Assembly: GCA_964432035.1 (NCBI GenBank)
Contig: CAYSMQ010000002.1
Coordinates: 2,921 to 47,441, forward strand
Length of the DNA stretch: 44,521 bases
Direction of reading: 5' to 3'
Origin: an uncultured Ardenticatenaceae bacterium
GTDB taxonomy: Bacteria; Chloroflexota; Anaerolineae; Promineifilales; Promineifilaceae
The notes under the pieces are model-generated. The model saw nothing but the letters and a program-made list of their open reading frames with translations, had not been told where the DNA came from and searched no databases. The translations under genes and the position numbers were made by a program. Positions 18,567 through 27,206 of this stretch are shown piece by piece (position 1 is the first letter of the stretch; every line of letters begins with the position of its first letter).

Positions 18567-18628
18567 AGATTGGAGACTGGAGATTAGAGATTTATCGGCG
18601 CATGGCCGAATCTCCAATATTATCTCCT
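18564..18628. repeat. Heptamer-palindrome element, copy 4 (between convergent genes)
   Basis: TAGAGAT TGGAGAC TGGAGAT TAGAGAT, central hairpin TCGGC-gcatg-GCCGA, then ATCTCCA ATATT ATCTCCT. It overlaps the stop codons of thrS copy 2 and of the histidine kinase. Confidence 0.85.
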
Positions 18629-20114
18629 ACGCCGGCAACTTCACCGTAAAGGTGCTCCCCACGCCTTCTTCGCTCTGCACCTCGATTTCGCCTTCGTGCG
18701 CCTCTATAAGGCTCTTGACGATGGCGAGGCCCAGTCCGGTGCCGACGGCTTTGCTTCTGTGCTTATCCACCCGGCTATAGCGGTTAAATATTTGGGACAA
18801 CTCCTCGGCGGGAATGCCATAACCGTTGTCCTCAACTTCGATGTTAATGAAGTGCCCGTTCATTGCGGCGCGGAGTGACACACAACCCTCTTCCGGCGTG
18901 TACTTGATGGCGTTAGAGAGCAGGTTTTGCAGCATTCGAGCCACTTTTTGGCGGTCGGCGTGCACAAAGATCGGTTCGGAGTTGGCATCATAGTGTAGAG
19001 CAATCTGCTTCTCCTGCGCCTGCGCTGTGCTGGAGTCGATCAGCTCGTTCATCAGTTCGACAAGGTCAAAGTTTTGACGCTCTAGCATGACCGCAGCGCC
19101 TGACTCCATGTGTTCAATGTCCAGAATGTTGTTCACGATTTCGAGCAGTGCGCGTTCGTTGCGCAGAATGATACTTGCCATGTGTGTGCGCTGCTCGGCA
19201 GGCAGTTGGGGATGGTCGCGCAGTAGAGAGGCATAGCCATGAATGTTCGTAAGCGGCGAGCGCATATCGTGCGTGAGGACGGCCAGGAAGGCGTCCTTCT
19301 GCTTGTTCAGCTCGGCAAGCGATTCATTGGCGGTGACCAACTCTTGCGTCCGTTCGGCGACCAGATCCTCTAGCTGTTCCAGATGCGCGCGCGTGCGCGC
19401 TACGTAGACTCGGAAGGCATAGGCGGAGAGAAAGACGGGCAAGAAGAAGATGGCAATGCCCAGGGCGTCAAACTCGCGCACGGCCGTAGCCAGCACGCCC
19501 CCGCCCGCGCCCATGACAATCACGTTTATGGGCATGGCCCATCCATTCTGGCGCCAGAAGGCGAGGGGATTGACACCTTGTTGGAGAGTGACGATGCCAA
19601 CTAGCAGCCAGACGTTGAGCTGATCGCCCACCACGGCAGCCACAAGCCAGGGTAGGATCTGAGTTACCAACGTGTCGCCGCCAAGGAGCTGTTGGGTCAG
19701 TAGAAACGTGTGCCCGGCCGCGTAAATTGAGACGCTGCCCATACCCGTGTTGAACACGAGCTGTTCCCAGGTTCCTTTCCACTCGCTTTTTGTTAATCGC
19801 CTGAAAATCCAGATGCTTAGATTGGCAACCGTGGCCACAAGCGCTGCCGCTGCCGGCCCATAAAATGGCACTGTCGCCAGGCTGATCGCGCTGCCGACCT
19901 CAAAGGTTACGTCAGCTTCGGCGTCGGTGGCTGCGAGCTGCGCTAGCACGGCAAGGGCTGTCAGCAGTAGGAAGATGTGCAATGGCTCGTATGCGGAGAC
20001 GTCGAGTAGCCCTGTCACGGCGAACAGAAGGCCCAGGACGCCCACTAGCACAATGTATATCAGGCGCATGCGCGAGGTTTGTGCCTTGTTCTTAGCCACG
20101 TGCTTTCTTTCCAA
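18627..20114 (-). CDS. Sensor histidine kinase with a polytopic N-terminal membrane domain
   Basis: About 7 hydrophobic helices and a coiled linker. HisKA H-box LTHDMRSPLT and HATPase_c N/G boxes (LSNAIKYT, DNGYGI, GTGLGLAIV). Confidence 0.85.
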   Translation of the reverse strand: MERKHVAKNKAQTSRMRLIYIVLVGVLGLLFAVTGLLDVSAYEPLHIFLLLTALAVLAQLAATDAEADVTFEVGSAISLATVPFYGPAAAALVATVANLSIWIFRRLTKSEWKGTWEQLVFNTGMGSVSIYAAGHTFLLTQQLLGGDTLVTQILPWLVAAVVGDQLNVWLLVGIVTLQQGVNPLAFWRQNGWAMPINVIVMGAGGGVLATAVREFDALGIAIFFLPVFLSAYAFRVYVARTRAHLEQLEDLVAERTQELVTANESLAELNKQKDAFLAVLTHDMRSPLTNIHGYASLLRDHPQLPAEQRTHMASIILRNERALLEIVNNILDIEHMESGAAVMLERQNFDLVELMNELIDSSTAQAQEKQIALHYDANSEPIFVHADRQKVARMLQNLLSNAIKYTPEEGCVSLRAAMNGHFINIEVEDNGYGIPAEELSQIFNRYSRVDKHRSKAVGTGLGLAIVKSLIEAHEGEIEVQSEEGVGSTFTVKLPA

Positions 20115-20154
20115 TCTCCTGAATAAGTGTGAATCGACGCCGTGAGCGTCGACA

Positions 20155-20195
20155 ATACAGAAAAGATCTCCACCCCCATGCCGGAGGCGGAGACC
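20155..20195 (-). terminator. Intrinsic terminator downstream of the subtilase gene
   Basis: On the minus-strand RNA, GGUCUCCGCCUCC / GGGGGUGGAGAUC form a 13-bp stem including G-U pairs, with loop GGCAU, followed by UUUUCUGUAUU. Confidence 0.6.
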
Positions 20196-20226
20196 TTCTG
20201 TTCAAACGGAGGAACGCTTGTTTACA

Positions 20227-21906
20227 TCATTCAAAATCGGCCATCAATCCTTGCCACAAGTAGCCACCTTGCCAGAGATAACCGCCCTGCCAGAGATAGC
20301 CGCCTTGCCACAGGTAGCCACCTTGCCATAGATAGCCGCCGGGCCAGGCCTCGTCGTTACCAAGCCAGCTGTAGCCGCTTTGCCATTCGCCGTCCTCTTC
20401 CCATGGCTGCCAGTCAGCGCTGCCTTGCCACAGGTAACCGCCCTGCCATAGGTAGCCGCCTTGCCACAGGTAACCGCCCTGCCAGAGATAGCCACCTTGC
20501 CACAAGTAGCCACCTTGCCACAGGTAACCGCTGCTGTCGGCAAGCTGGTTGCCATCCGCATCGACGAGTACAAACTCGCCGTCGCGATAGACGGTAGGTC
20601 CAACGTACTTCTCGCCAGGCACCATGTCGCCGTTGGCCTCGCCTGTGTGCCCGCCCCAAATGGCATCGGGAACCCAGAGCCGACCTGCGCCTTGCTGGAA
20701 GACGCTCCAGGTCAGCGTGTTGTCATCATACGTGGCGAGCCGTGCTGAGGCCATCAGCGCGTACTTCACCTGATCGGGCGTCATCTGCGGATGCTCTTGC
20801 AAGAGCAGAGCCGCAGCGCCGGACGTTACAGCAGCAGCGGCGGACGTGCCCGCAGCCTCATAGTAGCGGCCCAACACGCGGGCTTCTCTGTTATGGCGAC
20901 CCCAGGTGCTGTTGGGGTCCATGTTGGAAATGATATGCGCGCCGGGCGCGACGAGATCCGGTTTTACAAAGCCGCTTTCAGTCGGACCTGCGCTGCTGAA
21001 CGGAGCGATATAGTCATCACTTTCATCGTCAGGTGTGTAATTGTCGGTAAACGCGCCCACGGTGATCACGAAGGGATTGTTGCCGGGCGCGGCAATGGTG
21101 AGCGGATCAGGACCGGCATTGCCCGCCGCGGCGATGACGACGATACCGGCGTCCCAAAGTTCTTCGACAGCCTGGTTGACGGGATCGGCCCAGTAAGGTC
21201 CACCGATTGCGCCGACCAATGAAAGGTTGACGACGCGAATATTATAGGCATCCTTATTGGCCAGAATCCAGTCTAGCCCTTCGACAACGTCGGTATAGTG
21301 TCCCTTCCCTTCGGAGTCGAGCACACGCACGTCGGCAAATTGTACGTCAGGGGCCACGCCCAGAACGCCGTCGCCATCGGACTCATTGTTGCCTATGACG
21401 CCGGCAATAAACGTGCCATGCCCGTTTGGATCGGCATGTGGCGCCGGCCGTCCCGAACCGTCGACCGCATCGTAAACGGCCACAACGCGGTTCTTGGCCC
21501 ATTTAAATCGTTGGGAGATGCCGCTATCGACGACGGCAACGGTAACGCCTTCGCCGCTAATGCCCTGGGCCAACGCCTCGTCGGCGCCAATGACCTCAGG
21601 GAATTCGGCATTGATATGTGGATTTCCCCTGCCCGCAGCCTCTACGCCCTCATTGGGGTAAACGGCTACAACTCTGCTGTCCTCCTGCAGAGCGGCAAGC
21701 GCGTTGCTCGAAAGTTCCGCAGCAACGCTATCAATAATGGCTAAACTTTCGCCGACCTGTCCGCCATGATCTACCACGGCAGCGGTGGCGGTCCCTATAC
21801 TGTCTGCTTGCACAATGACTCGTTGCTGCTGTGGCGCAGCTGCCGAGGCAAGGAGCGTTAGTAGCAGTATGAAACTGGCTATAGTGAAAAGGGATCGACG
21901 TTTCAT
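20227..21906 (-). CDS. Secreted S8-family serine peptidase (subtilase) with a C-terminal GGYLWQ hexapeptide-repeat tail
   Basis: ATG 21906 follows AAGGAG. Signal peptide MKRRSLFTIASFILLLTLLASAAA. Catalytic triad contexts VAVVDSGI (Asp), HGTFIAG (His) and GTSAAAAVTSGAAALL (Ser). Confidence 0.85.
   Translation of the reverse strand: MKRRSLFTIASFILLLTLLASAAAPQQQRVIVQADSIGTATAAVVDHGGQVGESLAIIDSVAAELSSNALAALQEDSRVVAVYPNEGVEAAGRGNPHINAEFPEVIGADEALAQGISGEGVTVAVVDSGISQRFKWAKNRVVAVYDAVDGSGRPAPHADPNGHGTFIAGVIGNNESDGDGVLGVAPDVQFADVRVLDSEGKGHYTDVVEGLDWILANKDAYNIRVVNLSLVGAIGGPYWADPVNQAVEELWDAGIVVIAAAGNAGPDPLTIAAPGNNPFVITVGAFTDNYTPDDESDDYIAPFSSAGPTESGFVKPDLVAPGAHIISNMDPNSTWGRHNREARVLGRYYEAAGTSAAAAVTSGAAALLLQEHPQMTPDQVKYALMASARLATYDDNTLTWSVFQQGAGRLWVPDAIWGGHTGEANGDMVPGEKYVGPTVYRDGEFVLVDADGNQLADSSGYLWQGGYLWQGGYLWQGGYLWQGGYLWQGGYLWQGSADWQPWEEDGEWQSGYSWLGNDEAWPGGYLWQGGYLWQGGYLWQGGYLWQGGYLWQGLMADFE
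20248..20532 (-). repeat. Coding 18-bp tandem repeats (5 + 6 units) encoding GGYLWQ
   Basis: Block 20248-20343 has 5 units and block 20422-20532 has 6 units, separated by a Trp/acidic-rich 27-aa spacer. The peptide units are nearly invariant while the Leu, Tyr and Gly codons vary synonymously. Confidence 0.9.
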
Positions 21907-21953
21907 CACAGCTCCTTCATCTTCATCCCACAATGGATTGACTTGTGCTTTCC

Positions 21954-21982
21954 AGTATCGGATAAGGCAGGCGCTGCTTCAA
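21954..21982 (-). promoter_or_regulatory. Candidate promoter of the subtilase gene
   Basis: On the minus strand: TTGAAG, 17-bp spacer, GATACT, about 45 nt upstream of ATG 21906. Weak match only. Confidence 0.3.
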
Positions 21983-21989
21983 TAGGAAA

Positions 21990-24905
21990 TTAGGGGTGGT
22001 TTTCTCTCCGGCGCCGGAGGCGGGAGGCCAGTGTTTCTTCTTTCTCTTCTTCGTCGGTGGAGGGTGAGGGCTCCGCTTTTTCTGAAGCTTCGCGCCCAGG
22101 CGATGGCTGTTGCCTCTCAGTCGCTGTGGAAGGCGGAGCGACTGGCTCTGACATCGCAGGTTGCTCTGGCGGCGGTTGCTTTTCTACAGTCTGCCTTTCG
22201 GCGGCCCGTTCCTTGGCCGCAAAGAGGCGCTCCACCTGCGGCGAGCGTTCGGCAGGCGCTGCTTGGGGCATGATCCGCCCCGTGAGCGCTGCCCACGCAC
22301 GCTGCATATCGTAGCGGGTAATCGTTAGACGGCGCGTGGCAATGTCTACCGGCAGTAGCAGGACGGCTGCTAACATGAGCCAGGGCCAGATAGGGCGCGT
22401 CGTCGCCTCCGAGGGCAGATTGTGATCGAAGGCGACTGCTGGGCTAGCGCCGATATCATTTCCACCGGTCACCCCGGCGATGGATCGCAGTAACGCTTCG
22501 TCGCTCTGTAAGCGGCGATATTCCGGCGAGTATCCGAGCACCCAGCCACTTGTTTGCGCGACCACCGCCTCGTCGCCGCCGCTGCCAGCGCCCGCCACCC
22601 CCAGTATATAGGCGCCCTGCTGGTCGGGCTGAAAGGCGCCTTCATAGCGTCCCGGTGCTGTCTGCTCCAGCGTCAGCTCGGTGACACGACCATCAGGGCC
22701 TACAACGTTCGTCGTCATCTCCAGTTCATCAAAAAAGCCGCCATCCGCGCGCCGGGCATCGACGGTGATTGCGGCTTCGTTGCCGCTCAGCGTTACGACT
22801 GTTTCCACATTGTTTTCGGCGCCTTGGCGGATAGTCCAGCGGACAGCCTGCGCCCAGAAGGCAGGGAAACCGTTCCAACTCACCCAGTCCGTGGCCCAGC
22901 GACCCGTGGCATCCGACGTCCAGGCCACTGCGCGCCCTAAACCATACTGCCATGAGGCCAGGAGAGGGTCGCCCAGATGCGTTTCCAGAACGACCTGGGC
23001 CGCCGCTTTGGGACTCGTCCCGACGTATCCGTAGAGTGGCGGCGTCTGCCGGATACCGCTCAGGATGGGGCTGGGACTGACCAGTGTGGGAAAGAAGCGC
23101 TCTTCGACGAGATAGGTGCGCTGGATAGACGTCGTTTCTTGGGTAAAAATCTGCGGCAGATTAGCTGCTTCAAGCGTCAGATGGAAGCGGCCTTGCCCCA
23201 GTTCCGCCATGCGCTGCAGCCAGGGCACGTCCTTGCCATCGCCGATGGCGACCATCGACACTGTCACGCCTTGCGCCACCAACCCCTCAATGAGCTGTGG
23301 CACACCTTCCTGCTCGTTAGAGTCATTTCCGTCGGCCAGCACAATGATGTGCTTGACCTGATTGCTGCTGCTGGCGATGGCATCCGCGGCGGCTTCCATG
23401 CCCGTGCGCACGTTAATACCGCCTCCGCCGGCGCCGATCTGGCGGATGGCGTCAATAACGGGTTCTTTATCGTCGGCGCCGACCGGGCCGACGACATTGC
23501 TGGGCGCTGTATCGATGGGCAGGACGGCGATTTCATCAAAATCGTTTAACAGTTCGACGACGCGAACGGCTGCTTCGTTTGCCAGTTGTATCTTCGTAAG
23601 TCCGCCCTCCTGCATCGCCATACTCCCTGAGCGGTCGATGACGATGGCGATAGTGACCGAGGGAAAGCGGTCCTGATCTTGGATTTGCATATCTACGGGT
23701 AGCGCTTCTTCCAGGGGCGTGCGGAAGTATCCGCCCATACCATAACTTTGCGGCCCGCCAACGACGACCAATCCACCGCCCAGATCGCGCACGTAACTCT
23801 GGATCGCTTCCATCTTGCGCGGATGAACGTCACGCGCGTTGACATTGGCCAGGATGATGCTGGCATAGTTGCTGAGCTGCGGGAGGGTGGCGGGCAACTC
23901 GGTGGTCGTGGCTCGTTCCACCGTGAGACCGGCATTTCGAAGGGCGGCTTCCAATTGCGCTGCCTCATCACCGGCGGCTGGCGCTTCTGATCCACTTACG
24001 CCTGAAACGAGCAGTACGCGTGGTGGCCCAACGACTTCTGTGAAGGCTGCGAGCCGGTTGTTCTGAGGCATCTCATCTCGCTCCGGCGCCAGCTCCACCG
24101 TAAATCGCGCAAACTCTTGTTCGATTGCCTGCAAGGGAATCGAAAAGTTGTTGTTGCCCGCTTGCAGCCGTACATTCGCTTCGTGGACGACGCTACCGTT
24201 ACCCAACACGCGCAGCGTCGCATTCATCGCCGCCCGACTGAAAATTGAGACATCAACGCTGAAGTTTTCACCACGAATGACCCGCGTGGGTGCGCTTACA
24301 TCCTCGATCCATGCTTCATCGCGCGCCTCGTCCTCACCACGCGTCAGCGGGACGTAATCGATTTGGATTCCAGACGTCTGCGCCAGCCGCGCGGCCTCCA
24401 AGGGCTGCCCCACCGTGTTGGCGCCGTCACTAAGAATCACCATGCGCCGCGCGCTGCCGGCGGGGAAGAGCGCAATGCCCAGCCGGATCGCTTCGGCGAG
24501 ATTTGTCTGCAAACCCTGCGGCGCAGAGGTGATTGGCGCCAATTCAGCCAGCCCACTCATGGGTCGCTCCACAAGTGGTTCCGCGCCAAAGACGATGACG
24601 GCCGCCTGATCGTTTACGCTCATACTCTCGACTGCCTGCCGAACGTATTCTTCGGCTTCGGCCCGTTGTGTGGGCGAAATTGAATCCGAACCGTCGATCA
24701 GGAAGACGACGGACAGTTCATCGGCGGCGCGCACCACCTGTGCTCCCGCCAGTCCTAGAATGATGAAAGTCACTATTAGTAAACGAAGCGTCAGACTTGT
24801 CCAGTGGCGCGCCCGGCGTCGCAATGCGCTATGCGGTCGTCCCAGCCAGAAGAAGTAGGGTAAGATCAGAAGTAATAGGAGAGCCAAAGGGGCCGTGAAG
24901 CGCAT
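21990..24905 (-). CDS. Large membrane protein with two vWA domains (BatA/BatB-like N-terminus)
   Basis: N-terminal double-TM segment as in BatA-type proteins. First vWA MIDAS VVFLIDGSDSIS, second IAIVIDRSGSMA. Interdomain regions resemble GATase1-like/ThuA-like modules. C-terminal TM helix plus a Pro/Glu-rich tail. Confidence 0.8.
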   Translation of the reverse strand: MRFTAPLALLLLLILPYFFWLGRPHSALRRRARHWTSLTLRLLIVTFIILGLAGAQVVRAADELSVVFLIDGSDSISPTQRAEAEEYVRQAVESMSVNDQAAVIVFGAEPLVERPMSGLAELAPITSAPQGLQTNLAEAIRLGIALFPAGSARRMVILSDGANTVGQPLEAARLAQTSGIQIDYVPLTRGEDEARDEAWIEDVSAPTRVIRGENFSVDVSIFSRAAMNATLRVLGNGSVVHEANVRLQAGNNNFSIPLQAIEQEFARFTVELAPERDEMPQNNRLAAFTEVVGPPRVLLVSGVSGSEAPAAGDEAAQLEAALRNAGLTVERATTTELPATLPQLSNYASIILANVNARDVHPRKMEAIQSYVRDLGGGLVVVGGPQSYGMGGYFRTPLEEALPVDMQIQDQDRFPSVTIAIVIDRSGSMAMQEGGLTKIQLANEAAVRVVELLNDFDEIAVLPIDTAPSNVVGPVGADDKEPVIDAIRQIGAGGGGINVRTGMEAAADAIASSSNQVKHIIVLADGNDSNEQEGVPQLIEGLVAQGVTVSMVAIGDGKDVPWLQRMAELGQGRFHLTLEAANLPQIFTQETTSIQRTYLVEERFFPTLVSPSPILSGIRQTPPLYGYVGTSPKAAAQVVLETHLGDPLLASWQYGLGRAVAWTSDATGRWATDWVSWNGFPAFWAQAVRWTIRQGAENNVETVVTLSGNEAAITVDARRADGGFFDELEMTTNVVGPDGRVTELTLEQTAPGRYEGAFQPDQQGAYILGVAGAGSGGDEAVVAQTSGWVLGYSPEYRRLQSDEALLRSIAGVTGGNDIGASPAVAFDHNLPSEATTRPIWPWLMLAAVLLLPVDIATRRLTITRYDMQRAWAALTGRIMPQAAPAERSPQVERLFAAKERAAERQTVEKQPPPEQPAMSEPVAPPSTATERQQPSPGREASEKAEPSPSTDEEEKEETLASRLRRRRENHP

Positions 24906-24929
24906 GTGAGCGAATCCAGTGACGGCAGC

Positions 24930-27137
24930 CTAAGCCGTCACTGCATCGTGCGATTCGGGGGATGGCGAGGAGTCCATTTCTATTAGTGGTAAGTAGAGCG
25001 AGAACGTGCTGCCGTTGCCAGGTTCGCTGCTTGCTTCCACGTGGCCCCCGTGTGCGCGGGCAATGAATCGCGCCAATACCAGACCCAGCCCGCGATTGAT
25101 AACCGCGTTCTCGCTGGGTGTAGAGAAAGTATCCTGTGATACGTATGCAAGTTTCTCTGGCGACATACCAACGCCGTTATCCTGGATGTGAAGATAGACC
25201 TCATCGCCGGAAACGCCGCAGTTAATGTTGACCTGTCCACCAATGCGATTGAATCGAATGGCGTTGTGGAGTAGATGTTGAACGGCTTCATAGAGGCGCT
25301 GGTAGTCCGCCTCTACGCGGAGTGGTTGTGAATCAGTTTTCACGTTTACCATAACATGTCGCGCCGAAGCCATGGCTGAAAGATCGCGTACCACCTCATG
25401 CACCGTTTCAACGACGTCGACGCTATCAAATGAAAAATCGTGCTGGCGTCGCACATTGGCTGCAGTAATGATGAGATTATTGAGCTTGAGACGCAACTGA
25501 GCAAATTGGTGTTGCAGGTCGCTCAGGGTCTTGTTTGCGCCGTTACCCGCCTGCAGTTCCTCGAGTGTATGGTGGATATCGCTGAAAGGACGGCGCAAAG
25601 ATGGCGAGACGAGCAGCGAAAAGCGCTCATAAAGCCCCAATAACTCATGAAGCTGTTGCCCGTCACGCTTCATTTCTTCCATTTCCGCGCGTATGGTTTC
25701 AAGCTGTTCTGTACATTTCTTGAGCTCTTTCGCCTGCCACAACAGAAGACCGCCGTGCGTGCCCAAATCTTGCAGCCAGAGAAGATCAGCGTGATCATAA
25801 GGTTCCCCAGTGTACTTTTCTCCGAGCGTCAAGACGCCTACCAGATCGTCGCCGGCGCCAAGGGGCATGAGGATTTCGATGTTACCCTGGTGCACAAGGT
25901 GCATTTCCTCGGTATCGACATCGGCAAAGGCGGGCAAGGATTCCAATTCGTACATCGAAAGCGGTGTGGGTGGGCGTCGTCGCAGATGATCGGCAATCGC
26001 GCTTGAGGAGGGGATCTCGATCGGTCCAGATTCTTCTACGTGCCCGACCTGCGCCAGCGGGCGCAACACGATTTTGTCCTCTTGTTGTGCGTCAACGAAC
26101 AGTAGCCGCGCGTTGTTGGCGGCGATATTGTATTGGCTGAGACGTAACAGAATCTCTCCCAGGGCCTCTGGATCGGGAAGGGCTGTGACCAGGGCTGACT
26201 GGTCGGCCAGCGCTCCAGTTCGATTGTGTCCCGATGGCAAGAGCAGACGACGTAGAATGGCGGGTACATAGCGATTAATCGCGGTTAGGAGAGCTGTGAG
26301 AATGGTTGCTGCCAGCCCTAACTCTAAAATTGTCCACCCGCCGCTTTGCAGTGGGACTTCGGTAATCAGGACAAAAAGAAAAGCCCAGATTAACGCCAGG
26401 ACGAGAACTGAGGTAGCCAGTCGCGCAATAAGCTTCCGCATTGCCAGCCTCAGGTTAGGCAGGCTGCCTCGTACGAGCGTTGCCGTACCCAGAGCGGCGG
26501 CAAGTACGAATCCGAGGCCGCCCAGCTCCTGCCATGCCGGTTGGTTTTGTTGCTGAATGAGCGCCAGCATGCCGCTGATAACGAAAATGATTAGGGTGGT
26601 GACCCAATAGTTGAGGCGATTACGATACACGGCGCTCAACGCATCGTGTATTGTCTCGCGTGTTAGCAGCATAGCTGCTAACAGTGGAATCAACCACGAC
26701 GTGACCCACACGCCGGCCCATAGATTGAAGTGCGCCTCTAGATCACCCGTTTCTGCCCAGGCGCCAACCTCCACCGGTACGACTGCCGGATCCAGAACGA
26801 GGGCAGCCAGCCAAAAGATAATAGAGATGCCCAGGATCATGTTGCGTGATCCGGATGCCGTGCCTAGATGTGCCATCGTGGCCAACAGAATAAAGATAGC
26901 CATGATGCCCAAAGTGTGCCGCGCCGCGATGCGCCAGGTCCAGGCGATTTCAGCAGACAGCTCGACGCCAACATAGTAGCTGAGAAGGTGACTGGACCAC
27001 AGTGCAGCCACAAACAGAGTCACAATCCAGAAAGGTCCGTGCCGCAGAGATCCACGCTTGCGCAGATCATAGAGCAGCAACACTAGAAAGGAGGCGGGTA
27101 GCGCTAATGTGATGATGAATTGATGCGTCAGTGACAT
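24930..27137 (-). CDS. Sensor histidine kinase with a polytopic membrane domain and a GAF-like domain
   Basis: I prefer the start at ATG 27137 (MSLTHQ), because the longer TTG-initiated ORF would translate through the palindrome. Multi-TM N-terminus, central GAF-like region, coiled coil, and HATPase_c motifs HNAIRFN, DNGVGM, GLGLVLAR. The phospho-acceptor region is atypical. Confidence 0.75.
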   Translation of the reverse strand: MSLTHQFIITLALPASFLVLLLYDLRKRGSLRHGPFWIVTLFVAALWSSHLLSYYVGVELSAEIAWTWRIAARHTLGIMAIFILLATMAHLGTASGSRNMILGISIIFWLAALVLDPAVVPVEVGAWAETGDLEAHFNLWAGVWVTSWLIPLLAAMLLTRETIHDALSAVYRNRLNYWVTTLIIFVISGMLALIQQQNQPAWQELGGLGFVLAAALGTATLVRGSLPNLRLAMRKLIARLATSVLVLALIWAFLFVLITEVPLQSGGWTILELGLAATILTALLTAINRYVPAILRRLLLPSGHNRTGALADQSALVTALPDPEALGEILLRLSQYNIAANNARLLFVDAQQEDKIVLRPLAQVGHVEESGPIEIPSSSAIADHLRRRPPTPLSMYELESLPAFADVDTEEMHLVHQGNIEILMPLGAGDDLVGVLTLGEKYTGEPYDHADLLWLQDLGTHGGLLLWQAKELKKCTEQLETIRAEMEEMKRDGQQLHELLGLYERFSLLVSPSLRRPFSDIHHTLEELQAGNGANKTLSDLQHQFAQLRLKLNNLIITAANVRRQHDFSFDSVDVVETVHEVVRDLSAMASARHVMVNVKTDSQPLRVEADYQRLYEAVQHLLHNAIRFNRIGGQVNINCGVSGDEVYLHIQDNGVGMSPEKLAYVSQDTFSTPSENAVINRGLGLVLARFIARAHGGHVEASSEPGNGSTFSLYLPLIEMDSSPSPESHDAVTA

Positions 27138-27151
27138 AGATGAATGCGCCC

Positions 27152-27206
27152 GACTTATCCCAAATATATCCCAACCTCGCAATTTGGGATATTTTTGGGA
27201 TAAGTC
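27152..27206. repeat. AT-rich 23-bp inverted repeat containing four TTGGGAT/ATCCCAA half-sites
   Basis: GACTTATCCCAAATATATCCCAA - 9-nt spacer - TTGGGATATTTTTGGGATAAGTC, 22 of 23 positions complementary. It overlaps the stop of the upstream gene and ends 14 nt before the kinase ATG. Confidence 0.85.

Noticed and set aside
10104-18628. Reading the heptamer-repeat elements as a CRISPR array or as tandem minisatellites.
   Set aside because: The units are only 7 bp, contiguous without spacers, and arranged as inverted arms. No cas genes are present. The four loci are separated by ordinary genes.
20142-20597. Plus-strand ORF with repeated LATGNRPA/RDSRLATG peptide units.
   Set aside because: It is the mirror image of the 18-bp coding repeats of the subtilase tail on the minus strand. 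The subtilase frame has a signal peptide, a catalytic triad and synonymous-site variation that supports it.
24895-24965. An apparent 1-nt disagreement between my hand count of bases and the ORF-track coordinates near the vWA start and kinase stop, which could have hinted at a frameshift.
   Set aside because: The supplied ORF translations are continuous and sensible across this region. The discrepancy falls at line breaks in my manual indexing, so I treat it as my counting error.
27138-27182. A 15-aa N-terminal extension of the GAF kinase (TTG start at 27182).
   Set aside because: It would be encoded by one arm of the 23-bp palindrome. ATG 27137 gives a normal hydrophobic N-terminus.
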